Under the pieces are notes generated by a model. It was not told where the DNA came from. It saw nothing but the letters and a program-made list of their open reading frames with translations, and made no database searches. From assembly GCA_016188425.1 (NCBI GenBank), contig JACPHX010000012.1, positions 1 to 51,145 of the forward strand: a stretch of 51,145 nt of DNA. The letters run 5' to 3'. This document shows, one piece after another, positions 8,155 through 15,654 of the stretch. This DNA is from Candidatus Uhrbacteria bacterium (GTDB lineage Bacteria; Patescibacteriota; Patescibacteriia; UBA9934; GWF2-40-263). The position numbers and the translations under genes were made by a program. Positions within the stretch are counted from its first letter, which is position 1, and each line of letters begins with the position of its first letter.

Positions 8155-9489
8155 ATGGATCTCTTCACCGCCTCCGCCCAAAAACGTGCCAAACAGAACG
8201 CGCCGCTGGCCGACCGCATGCGGCCGAGAACCCTGCAGGAATACGTGGGGCAACCTTCGCTTATGGCAGAGGGTGGGGCGCTTCGACGGCTCATTGAGGC
8301 GGACGAGATTCCTTCAATGATCCTGTGGGGTCCTCCGGGGACAGGAAAGACGACGCTCGCGCGGATTATCGCGCAAGAAACGAAATCCATCTTCGTGCCT
8401 TTCAGCGCGGTCTTGGGTGGCGTGAAAGAGATCCGCCTGATCGTCGCAAAAGCCAAGGACGACCTCGCGCTGCACGGACGGCGGACCATCGTCTTCGCCG
8501 ATGAAATCCACCGCTTCAACAAAGGCCAGCAGGACGCCTTCCTCCCCCATGTCGAGGACGGGACGATTATTCTCATCGGAGCCACGACGGAGAACCCTTC
8601 CTTTGAGGTAAATGCCGCACTCCTCTCCCGTAGCCGCGTCTTCATCCTGGAAGCATTGTCGATCGACGACATCAAAACCCTCCTCCGCCGCGCGCTCGCG
8701 GACAAGGAGGTTGGGTTGGGATCGATGAATCTCTCAATCGACGATGACACGATCAAGTTCCTCGCGGGGATGGCGAATGGGGATGCGCGCGTGGCGCTCA
8801 ATGCGCTGGAGATGGCGGCACGGATGTCTAAAGGCAAACCAGACACGCAGCCGTCCGAACCCTTGCGCCCCTTGGACCCCCTGCGCCCCTTGCGCCTTCC
8901 CCCTATCTCCAAATCCCTCATCGCCTCCGCGCTCCAACGCACCCATCTCCTCTACGACCGCGCGGGCGAGGAGCACTACAACATCATCTCGGCGCTCCAC
9001 AAATCCATGCGCGGGAACGATGCCGACGCGTCGCTCTATTGGATGGCGCGGATGCTGGAGGCGGGAGAAGATCCGCTCTACATCGCGAGGCGGTTGGTTC
9101 GGTTCGCTGCCGAGGACATCGGCCTGGCGGATCCCAATGCGTTGACCCAAGCCGTTGCTTGCTACCAAGCTTGCCACTTCATCGGCATGCCCGAGTGCAA
9201 TGTCATCCTCGCTCAATGTGTTGCCTACCTCGCGCGCGCCAAGAAGAGTAATACGCTCTACGTTGCCTACGGCAACATCCAACGCGACATCCGCGAACGG
9301 CCGGCGGATCCGGTCCCGCTTCACCTGCGCAACTCACCGACGAAACTGATGAAGGAAATCGGGCATGGGAATGGGTACAAATACACGCCGAATTTTGAGA
9401 CGCCGGAGGAGGCGGAACAGGAATTTTTGCCGGAATCATTCAAAGGAAAGATCTATCTTTCCTTTGACGAGAAGTGGAAGCCGACGTAA
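8155..9489 (+). CDS. rarA: Replication-associated recombination protein A (AAA+ ATPase, MgsA/RarA)
   Basis: Walker A GPPGTGKTTLA, Walker B IVFADEIHRFNK, and the C-terminal MgsA motifs HYNIISALHKSMRGNDADASLYW and YIARRLVRFAAEDIG. Confidence 0.92.
   Translation: MDLFTASAQKRAKQNAPLADRMRPRTLQEYVGQPSLMAEGGALRRLIEADEIPSMILWGPPGTGKTTLARIIAQETKSIFVPFSAVLGGVKEIRLIVAKAKDDLALHGRRTIVFADEIHRFNKGQQDAFLPHVEDGTIILIGATTENPSFEVNAALLSRSRVFILEALSIDDIKTLLRRALADKEVGLGSMNLSIDDDTIKFLAGMANGDARVALNALEMAARMSKGKPDTQPSEPLRPLDPLRPLRLPPISKSLIASALQRTHLLYDRAGEEHYNIISALHKSMRGNDADASLYWMARMLEAGEDPLYIARRLVRFAAEDIGLADPNALTQAVACYQACHFIGMPECNVILAQCVAYLARAKKSNTLYVAYGNIQRDIRERPADPVPLHLRNSPTKLMKEIGHGNGYKYTPNFETPEEAEQEFLPESFKGKIYLSFDEKWKPT
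8858..8903 (+). repeat. 9-mer repeat array embedded in frame in rarA (encodes PLRPLDPLRPLRLPP)
   Basis: CTTGCGCCCCTTGGACCCCCTGCGCCCCTTGCGCC (8862-8896) differs at one base from the intergenic copy at about 37657-37691. Confidence 0.8.
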
Positions 9490-9519
9490 TGTAAGAAAGT
9501 ATTACTTCCCTACTTTTCT

Positions 9520-9762
9520 ATGACCCACATTCTCAAAGCCACCTCAAAAGGACAAATCACCATCCCCTCCAAATGGCGCAAAACGTTTAAAACAAATAAG
9601 TATCTCGCCAAAGAAAAAGGAGGCCTTTTAGAAATAACCCAGCTACAGGAAGATGACCTGGAAACGGGATCTTGGGAAACAATATTCGATGCAAAACGGG
9701 ACAACAAAGGAAAAGGTGTTCCAATAGAGAAATTCATTGCCGCCTTGAAACGCACGCTGTAA
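9520..9762 (+). CDS. AbrB/MazE/SpoVT-type antitoxin
   Basis: 80 aa. KATSKGQITIPSKWRKTF is the looped-hinge-helix signature of AbrB-like antitoxins. It lies 6 nt upstream of the toxin ORF. Confidence 0.75.
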   Translation: MTHILKATSKGQITIPSKWRKTFKTNKYLAKEKGGLLEITQLQEDDLETGSWETIFDAKRDNKGKGVPIEKFIAALKRTL

Positions 9763-9767
9763 CGGCT

Positions 9768-10007
9768 ATGAACGACCTCGAAAAACTTCTCGAGCGGATG
9801 CCAACGAAGGATCGACGTCGCGTACTGGCCATCATGACGGGACTGATGGAAGGAAAACTTGCCACGCTTCGTATTGAAAAACTCAAAAATTCATCATTCT
9901 ACCGCATCCGAACCGGCAGGTATCGGATCATTTTTTCTCTGAATCGGCACACAAAGTTCATCAAGATCGAAGATCTCCGACTAAGAAACGAGGCGACGTA
10001 TAAATAA
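9768..10007 (+). CDS. RelE/ParE-family toxin
   Basis: Track ORF 9672..10007 trimmed to the ATG at 9768. FYRIRTGRYRIIFSL...IKIEDLRLRNEATY matches the RelE/ParE core (yRiRvGdyRiiy ... hR.eaY). Confidence 0.75.
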   Translation: MNDLEKLLERMPTKDRRRVLAIMTGLMEGKLATLRIEKLKNSSFYRIRTGRYRIIFSLNRHTKFIKIEDLRLRNEATYK

Positions 10008-10085
10008 TTCAGTTGTTTGTTCACTGTCCGATTTCATTATATTTATCTATATTTAGATTTATTATAGATTATGTAACACCTACAC

Positions 10086-10114
10086 TTGACACTTTTATTC
10101 TTCCGTGTTAGTCT
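10086..10114 (+). promoter_or_regulatory. Candidate promoter TTGACA-N17-TAGTCT after a 45-bp AT-rich tract
   Basis: TTGACA at 10086-10091, a 17-nt spacer, TAGTCT at 10109-10114. Preceded by an AT-rich stretch (10031-10075) that is atypical for this GC-rich window. Confidence 0.4.
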
Positions 10115-10120
10115 ACGAGC

Positions 10121-10643
10121 GTTCGCTGATGACACCCACTCTGGACCGCAGGCGAAGGCATTCACCCCGAGAGTTTCGACAGATGGTACTTGGTACCATC
10201 GCCTGTAATGCCGCGCGGCGCTCCGGTCACTCTGGCCGTCATTGGCCCAAGGAGAGAGTGCATGGGAGAGAGATCCTACGGAGGCCTTGAGGTCCGTCTC
10301 AAGGAAGAGCAGAGGCACCCCCTCTTCCCTTCCCTGGGACGGACAAGCATTGAACTGGGGCAGCCCTGAAAGGGGTATGCCTTTTATTGAACCCAAATTT
10401 CCGTCCGGCACAGGCATGTGGCAGTCCACCGAGGCGTCCCCAGCGACTCGCGTGGCTCCCACGTTCCTGGGCCGAACCCCGCCTCCATCAAAGCGATCAA
10501 CGGTTGATCGTTTCGATGGGGACACTATTTACAAACAACACCTATGGACATCCAAATCAATTTGCTTAAAGGACGCTAAGCCCTCGTCGCAAAAACAAAA
10601 ATCCCCTGCTCCATCGGCCCCTCGATGCGGCCGGGGATTTTTT
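10121..10643 (+). ncRNA. Candidate large structured ncRNA or leader (family not recognised)
   Basis: Bounded by the promoter above and the terminator AAAAATCCCC...GGGGATTTTT (10597-10643). Local helices include GATGGTAC-uug-GTACCATC, CCTTGAG-gtccgt-CTCAAGG, GGAAGAG...CTCTTCC and a 35-nt near-palindrome (10485-10519). The ORFs here are low-complexity and mutually overlapping. Confidence 0.35.
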
Positions 10644-10700
10644 GTACACAAGGGCATATCTTTTTCCTGCCGTTTTTCCTATCATACAAGCAACCACCCT

Positions 10701-11915
10701 ATGAGACGAACTCCCTCTGAATCCCCTCCGGCATTTTCCCCGACAGAAAAACCGCCTCGACGGTTTGAATCTCCTCGGGCACAGAAACCCTCACTCGCTT
10801 TTCTCGAACAAGAAGGCCAAGAACCGCACATCAAGACGAGCGCCCGAGAGCTCACCCGCGTGGAGGTTCCGATTCTTCTGTCGCCAGAAAAAATCACCAA
10901 GATGGGAAAGACCCTCGTCGAGGCCATCGCCAAAGGACGCGGGCGCCGCCACAAAGAAGCAAAAATCCAGAACGATATTACCCGCGCGATGTATCAAGGA
11001 ACACCTATTCCTTTTGTGGCACTCAAACGCGCCATGGCGGAAGCGGCCGGCCAGCCCGCGTATGAAGGACGGATAGATGGAAAAACGATCGCCACGTATC
11101 TGAATGAGCTTGACCGCGGATGCCAGGGAATGTTGGCGGCCATACGCACGCTCGAATCCGCCGTGCCCGCATCGCAGCGGGAACGGCTTACGCTCGCGCT
11201 TAATGAAATCCTGGATGCGGAACATAAAATCGACATGGTAAGTGTGCTCGCCAATGCGTCGGATACGCAGGTGATCGACCGGGTGAGTCTGATTCAGGTA
11301 AAAAACGGCGTCGGCCGAACCGCCTTCGACCCCATCGTGAAGGCGCACCAGTCGTATGTCGATTCCCTCGCTTCCTTGAGCGCTTATACGCGCCAAGAAC
11401 GAGAGAAAGGGCTGCGGAAAAGCATCCGGGAATACTGGTCCGAAACGCAGGAAGCAGGCGAACAGGCGGTCGGGTTCCTTGAAACGTTCCAGCCGCTCCT
11501 CTTGCAGGCGGGAGAACTCGCGGAAAAAGGAGTCCGCGCCTTTACGCAAACCCAAATCAAAGAGTGGCAGTCGTATTATTTTTCTACCGAGCTCTTCTTA
11601 TTTTTTGGAAACAAGGACATCGTCGTACCGGCCGCGCGGATCGTGGGCACGGAGCTCGGACTCGACGCTGCATCCTCCGCCTGCTTGGAGGGAGTCCTGA
11701 CCTCGTTCTCAGATACGATCCAAGATGCCTATGAAAAGAGGGGCCTTTTCCAAGGACACGATGCGGAATCCTCTTATGCGATGATGGATCCAACCCTCAA
11801 AAAAGCCCTCCCCCGGGTGCAGAGCATCCATTCCGTCCTCATACAAGGGGGAAAGATTACCAACGACCGCTTGCTCCGCTTACAAAAGAAAGGAACCCTC
11901 TTGCAAAGAACCTAA
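10701..11915 (+). CDS. Hypothetical protein (orphan; possible degenerate PD-(D/E)xK-like motif)
   Basis: Track ORF 10242..11915 trimmed to the ATG at 10701, because the upstream part crosses a terminator. The segment AEHKIDMVSV...IDRVSLIQVKNG weakly resembles D...(E/Q)xK nuclease cores. Confidence 0.6.
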   Translation: MRRTPSESPPAFSPTEKPPRRFESPRAQKPSLAFLEQEGQEPHIKTSARELTRVEVPILLSPEKITKMGKTLVEAIAKGRGRRHKEAKIQNDITRAMYQGTPIPFVALKRAMAEAAGQPAYEGRIDGKTIATYLNELDRGCQGMLAAIRTLESAVPASQRERLTLALNEILDAEHKIDMVSVLANASDTQVIDRVSLIQVKNGVGRTAFDPIVKAHQSYVDSLASLSAYTRQEREKGLRKSIREYWSETQEAGEQAVGFLETFQPLLLQAGELAEKGVRAFTQTQIKEWQSYYFSTELFLFFGNKDIVVPAARIVGTELGLDAASSACLEGVLTSFSDTIQDAYEKRGLFQGHDAESSYAMMDPTLKKALPRVQSIHSVLIQGGKITNDRLLRLQKKGTLLQRT

Positions 11916-11923
11916 CATCCTGT

Positions 11924-12190
11924 ATGATCTCCTCCATCATGACACAACCATCAGACGATGTCGCCCGGTTGTTCGGATCCAAAAAAACCACCGGAGATCA
12001 TCCAGCCATTTTGTCCATCCTGAAGGCGTTCGCGTATTACGAACAGGCGCTGGAAACGCCCGAGGGGCGACAGGCCGTTTCGGACAGGATAGCCGGACGA
12101 ATCTCCTTTGCGGATCAACGGGATCTGATCGGAAAAATCGCGACCCAGCTTGCCCTCGCAGACCATCCCACCGATCCGTCCACTGACTAG
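11924..12190 (+). CDS. Hypothetical small protein
   Basis: 88-aa ORF starting 9 nt after the preceding stop. No recognisable motif. Confidence 0.45.
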   Translation: MISSIMTQPSDDVARLFGSKKTTGDHPAILSILKAFAYYEQALETPEGRQAVSDRIAGRISFADQRDLIGKIATQLALADHPTDPSTD

Positions 12191-12252
12191 CCGTCCACTT
12201 CGCGGGCGGTTTTGTTTTTAGAGAAGGGATCCCGCGGTATACTGTCTTTACT

Positions 12253-12723
12253 ATGCACACGCCACCCGTGGTTTCTCTGGATCATTCTGTGATAAGAACC
12301 GCGCGCCACTGGGCGCCACTGGCGGCGCGGCTGTCGCTGGCGATCGTCTACGCGTGGTTTGGATCCCTCAAAGTATTGAGTCTCTCCCCGGCGAGTCCCC
12401 TGGTCCTGGCGCTGCTGGCCAAGACGCTCCCTTTTCTCCCCCCCGGCTCTTTTCTGATCTGGTTCGGGCTGTTTGAAGTCCTGATCGGCATGCTGTTCCT
12501 CTTCCCAACGCTCATCCGTCCCACCATAGGTCTTATGGTCCTCCATATGGGAATGACGGTGCTCCCCTTGCTTCTCCTCCCCTCTATCGCCTGGGACTCG
12601 TTCATGGTGCCGACTCTGGAGGGTCAGTACATGCTCAAAAACCTCGTCCTGATTGCGCTTGCCATCAGCATGGTCGCCCGGACAAAACCGCTGAAAAAAA
12701 ATGAACCCCTTCCGAAGTCGTAG
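12253..12723 (+). CDS. Integral membrane protein (DoxX/DUF417-like)
   Basis: 156 aa with four hydrophobic helices. IVYAWFGSLKVL resembles DoxX-type proteins. Confidence 0.6.
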   Translation: MHTPPVVSLDHSVIRTARHWAPLAARLSLAIVYAWFGSLKVLSLSPASPLVLALLAKTLPFLPPGSFLIWFGLFEVLIGMLFLFPTLIRPTIGLMVLHMGMTVLPLLLLPSIAWDSFMVPTLEGQYMLKNLVLIALAISMVARTKPLKKNEPLPKS

Positions 12724-12747
12724 AGGATCGGGCATCATGGTGGGACT

Positions 12748-13635
12748 ATGGTTTTCCCGACGAAACTCCTTCGCTGGTTCCGCGCAAACGGCCGCCATCT
12801 TCCCTGGCGGCACACGCGCGACCCGTACCGAATCCTCGTCAGCGAAATCATGCTCCAGCAGACGCAGGTTTCCCGCGTGCTTGGTTTTTACGATCGATGG
12901 CTCCGCGTTTTTCCAAACTGGACAACACTTGCGCGCGCGGGGAACGCCGATGTGATCCGCGCCTGGTCCGGCCTTGGGTACAATCGACGGGCGCTGACGC
13001 TGCGCGATATCGCGAAGTCCGTGGTGTCCAGTGGTGAACCCACCACCGAGGCAGGTTGGCTCGCCCTCAAAGGCATCGGCCCTTATACGGCGGCAGCTAT
13101 CAGCGCCTTCGCACAACAGAGACGGACGCTCCCCATCGACACGAACATCCGACGCGTCCTCTCCCGCTATTTCCTCGGCATCAAGTTCCCGGGTCTGTCG
13201 GTCGATAGTCGCCTCCAAAAAAGAACGCAAAAAATCCTTCCCCGCACCGGGAAATTTTATGATGTCCCCCAGGCTGTCTTTGACCTGGCGGCCATGGTCT
13301 GCACGAAAAATCCCGAGTGTGCTTCTTGTCCTTTAAGGAAGGACTGCCTTTCCGCCGACGCCTTCCTCTCTGGGAAGGTCCGCGCCCCGAAACGATCCAT
13401 CAAGAAGGCGAACGAGTCGCATCACCGCAACAAGCCGCATCCCGACCGGATCTATCGAGGAAGGATTTTGAAATTCGTCCACGACCACGGAGCATCAACA
13501 ATCGAGACGATCGCGCCGATCGTTGATGCGGGGTACGATGAGGAAAAAGACAAGGAGTGGATAGAAAAAATGCTGGGGCGAATGGAGAAGGATGGGTTGG
13601 TGAGAAGAAAGGGAACACAAATTCAATTAGCATAA
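12748..13635 (+). CDS. MutY/endonuclease III-family HhH-GPD DNA glycosylase with a non-Nudix C-terminal domain
   Basis: LPWRHTRDPYRILVSEIMLQQTQV, GLGYNRRA, the HhH segment LKGIGPYTAAAI and a 4-Cys cluster, CTKNPECASCPLRKDC. The C-terminus (MLGRMEKDGLVRRKG) looks winged-helix-like rather than MutT-like. Confidence 0.85.
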   Translation: MVFPTKLLRWFRANGRHLPWRHTRDPYRILVSEIMLQQTQVSRVLGFYDRWLRVFPNWTTLARAGNADVIRAWSGLGYNRRALTLRDIAKSVVSSGEPTTEAGWLALKGIGPYTAAAISAFAQQRRTLPIDTNIRRVLSRYFLGIKFPGLSVDSRLQKRTQKILPRTGKFYDVPQAVFDLAAMVCTKNPECASCPLRKDCLSADAFLSGKVRAPKRSIKKANESHHRNKPHPDRIYRGRILKFVHDHGASTIETIAPIVDAGYDEEKDKEWIEKMLGRMEKDGLVRRKGTQIQLA

Positions 13636-13646
13636 ACCAAAAATCA

Positions 13647-13706
13647 GTTGTAGATCTATTTTGTGGCCAGGGGGCATGCCCCCTGGCCACAAAATAGATC
13701 TACAAC
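13647..13706. repeat. 60-bp perfect palindrome with the core TGTGGCCAGGGGGCATGCCCCCTGGCCACA
   Basis: I checked all 30 base pairs by hand, centred on GCATGC at 13674-13679. It lies between the MutY-like and MGMT genes. The core is shared with 16147-16190 and 25411-25452. Confidence 0.9.
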
Positions 13707-13721
13707 AACCAGCAGAATGTT

Positions 13722-13997
13722 ATGCCATTCCAAGAAGCAGTGTTCGCCATAGTCAAAACCATCCCTGCCGGCAAAACCATGACCTACAAGCAGGTTGCTG
13801 TGGCGGCAGGGCATCCGGGCGCGTTCCGTGCCGTAGGAAATGTCCTGAACAAGAACTACGATCCGACGATCCCCTGCCACCGCGTCGTGCGCTCAGATGG
13901 GAAGACGGGAGGATATAACCGGGGGGAGGCATTGAAGAAGGAACGGCTGGAGGAAGAAAAATCGAAGGTCAAGGGAGCGAAGGTCAAAGAGAGGTAA
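13722..13997 (+). CDS. Minimal MGMT-family protein (methylated-DNA-protein-cysteine methyltransferase DNA-binding/active-site domain only)
   Basis: 91 aa. TYKQVAVAAGHPGAFRAVGNVL and the active-site motif IPCHRVV. The last 12 codons are encoded by a repeat array. Confidence 0.85.
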   Translation: MPFQEAVFAIVKTIPAGKTMTYKQVAVAAGHPGAFRAVGNVLNKNYDPTIPCHRVVRSDGKTGGYNRGEALKKERLEEEKSKVKGAKVKER

Positions 13998-14060
13998 AAT
14001 ACAGAATCGAAATTAAAAATCTTCCCTCCTTCGACCTTCAGATTTCGACCTTCGACCTTG
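13962..14060. repeat. Inverted arrays of CGAAGGTCA-type units
   Basis: The left arm TCGAAGGTCAAGGGAGCGAAGGTCAAAGAGAGG overlaps the MGMT 3' end. The right arm CCTCCTTCGACCTTCAGATTTCGACCTTCGACCTTG is its imperfect reverse complement. Confidence 0.7.
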
Positions 14061-14303
14061 TCCCTTCCCCTCCTCCCCTGTTACGATGACTCTGCCCTAC
14101 AGGATTACTTTTTTGGCTGATCACAACGTCTGGTTCAGAACCGTTGCACCCGTGGGTGCCACGTGAGAACCACGCGATGCTTACAAGACGGCGATACGCC
14201 GCGCAGGATTCTGTCTTGCCTGGTTGACCTCCTGTCTCTTCCTACGCCTCAAAACGTAGAACATCCGACTTCCTATAAGCCTCAACGGCTTCCTGTGGGC
14301 AAC

Positions 14304-14361
14304 AAAAATAGCCTCCAACACCTGGGGTTAGCTCTAACCCCAGGTGTTGGAGGCTATTTTT
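14304..14361. terminator. Bidirectional terminator: 28-bp perfect hairpin flanked by A5/T5 runs
   Basis: AAAAATAGCCTCCAACACCTGGGGTTAG-ct-CTAACCCCAGGTGTTGGAGGCTATTTTT, all pairs verified. It lies 40 nt downstream of the rpoD stop. Confidence 0.75.
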
Positions 14362-14400
14362 ATCAGTCTCCTTATCCTCTGTTGCCTCTGTCACCCCTTC

Positions 14401-15654
14401 CTAATAATAATCTTTCATCTTCTCAATAATCGGATTCTCTTGGATCTTTTCGAGTGCCTTTGCTTCGATCTGACGAATACGCTCACGCGTGACGTCGAAC
14501 TCGCGGCCGACTTCTTCCAGGGTATGGCTGACGCCATCGGTGAGGCCGAACCGCATCTCCAGGATCTTCTGCTCACGCGGGGTCAGGTCTTTCATCGCGG
14601 TGTGGACGTAGTCGCGCAACAGCTCGCGGGCGGCCGTGCGGTCGGGAGAGATCGTCTTGGTGTCCTCAAGGAAGTCTTCAAGTTTAGAATCTTCGTCGTC
14701 CTCACCTACCGATGTCTCCAAAGAGACGGTGTCCTGCGAGATCTTGCGGATATGCAAAACCTTCTCGACGGGTTGCCCCATCTCGGCAGCGATTTCCTCC
14801 GGGAGCGGTTCACGACCAAGGTCCTGGATGAGCTGGCGCTCCACTTGCATGAACCGGTTGATGGTCTCAACCATGTGCACCGGGATACGGATGGTACGGC
14901 TTTGGTCTGCGAGCGCGCGGGTGATCGCCTGGCGGATCCACCAGGTGGCATATGTTGAAAACTTGTAGCCTTTGCGGTATTCGAATTTCTTCACGGCGCG
15001 GAACAGGCCGATATTCCCTTCCTGGATCAGGTCTAAAAGGGACATCTGCTTGCCGACGAATTTCTTGGCAATGGAGACGACGAGGCGCAGGTTCGCTTCG
15101 ATAAGTCGTTTCTCGGCCTCGCGGTCATTGCGTTCTTTGCGTTTGGCAAGTGCCACTTCCTCTTCACCATTGAGAAGCGGGATGCGTCCGATCTCGCGCA
15201 AGTACATTTGGATGGAGTCCGCGGTAAGCTCCGGGATCTCCCCGCGCTTTTTCTCACGGCTGACGCGGATCTTGTCGAAGACCTCTTCCCGGTCCTTCTC
15301 GCGACCAAGCAGGCCTTCTTTCATTTCAACCAAATGGACGCCGACCTTCTCCAGGTGGTCCAAAAAGTCTTCGTAGGTAGAAATGTAATCCTCCACGTCC
15401 GGGAACGTGTAGAGGACTTCTTGTTCTGTGACGAACCCACGCTGCTCGCCGCGACGTGCAAGGCGGGCAATCTCCTCCGGAGCCGGAGGAAGGGCTTTCA
15501 CATACCGGTTCTGTTTCTCTGGGACGGTTTTTTTTGCCAGTTGAGCTTTCCTCTGGGGCCCGTGGTGCGTTTTCGATCCGTGGAAAGGTCTTTTTTTCTG
15601 GAACGGCTTTTTTCCGCGCGGCGGAGCGCCATGCGGTTTCTTTTGCTGTTTCAT
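14401..15654 (-). CDS. rpoD: RNA polymerase primary sigma factor (sigma-70)
   Basis: Regions 2-4 are recognisable: [39 protein letters not shown] and [24 protein letters not shown]. Its ATG overlaps the dnaG stop (ATGA). Confidence 0.95.
   Translation of the reverse strand: MKQQKKPHGAPPRGKKPFQKKRPFHGSKTHHGPQRKAQLAKKTVPEKQNRYVKALPPAPEEIARLARRGEQRGFVTEQEVLYTFPDVEDYISTYEDFLDHLEKVGVHLVEMKEGLLGREKDREEVFDKIRVSREKKRGEIPELTADSIQMYLREIGRIPLLNGEEEVALAKRKERNDREAEKRLIEANLRLVVSIAKKFVGKQMSLLDLIQEGNIGLFRAVKKFEYRKGYKFSTYATWWIRQAITRALADQSRTIRIPVHMVETINRFMQVERQLIQDLGREPLPEEIAAEMGQPVEKVLHIRKISQDTVSLETSVGEDDEDSKLEDFLEDTKTISPDRTAARELLRDYVHTAMKDLTPREQKILEMRFGLTDGVSHTLEEVGREFDVTRERIRQIEAKALEKIQENPIIEKMKDYY

Noticed and set aside
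10127-10170. A CUGAUGA box, suggesting a hammerhead ribozyme core.
   Set aside because: The sequence between CUGAUGA and the next GAA cannot form stem II, because the closing positions are C and C. No matching stem I/III or cleavage-site context exists.
10121-10643. RNase P RNA, SRP RNA or canonical tmRNA identity for the large structured regions (also considered for 39326..39747 and 37797..38255).
   Set aside because: I could not find the universally conserved blocks (GGAAAGUCC / ACAGAAxCCGGCUUA for RNase P; GGAAGCAGC with a GNRA loop for SRP; a paired 5' GGGG... and 3' T-arm-ACCA for tmRNA) on either strand. The regions are left as unclassified candidates.
10242-10700. The N-terminal 153 codons of the 557-aa track ORF 10242..11915.
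   Set aside because: The segment runs through multiple hairpins and a strong intrinsic terminator (10597-10643). The sequence is low-complexity and mirrors the antisense ORF. The credible start is the ATG at 10701.
14062-14303. A possible ncRNA in the 400-bp gap between the MGMT gene and the rpoD terminator.
   Set aside because: Only short local hairpins are present (for example GCACCC-gt-GGGTGC). I found no promoter or terminator pair and no tetraloop-capped helices, so I could not support a call.
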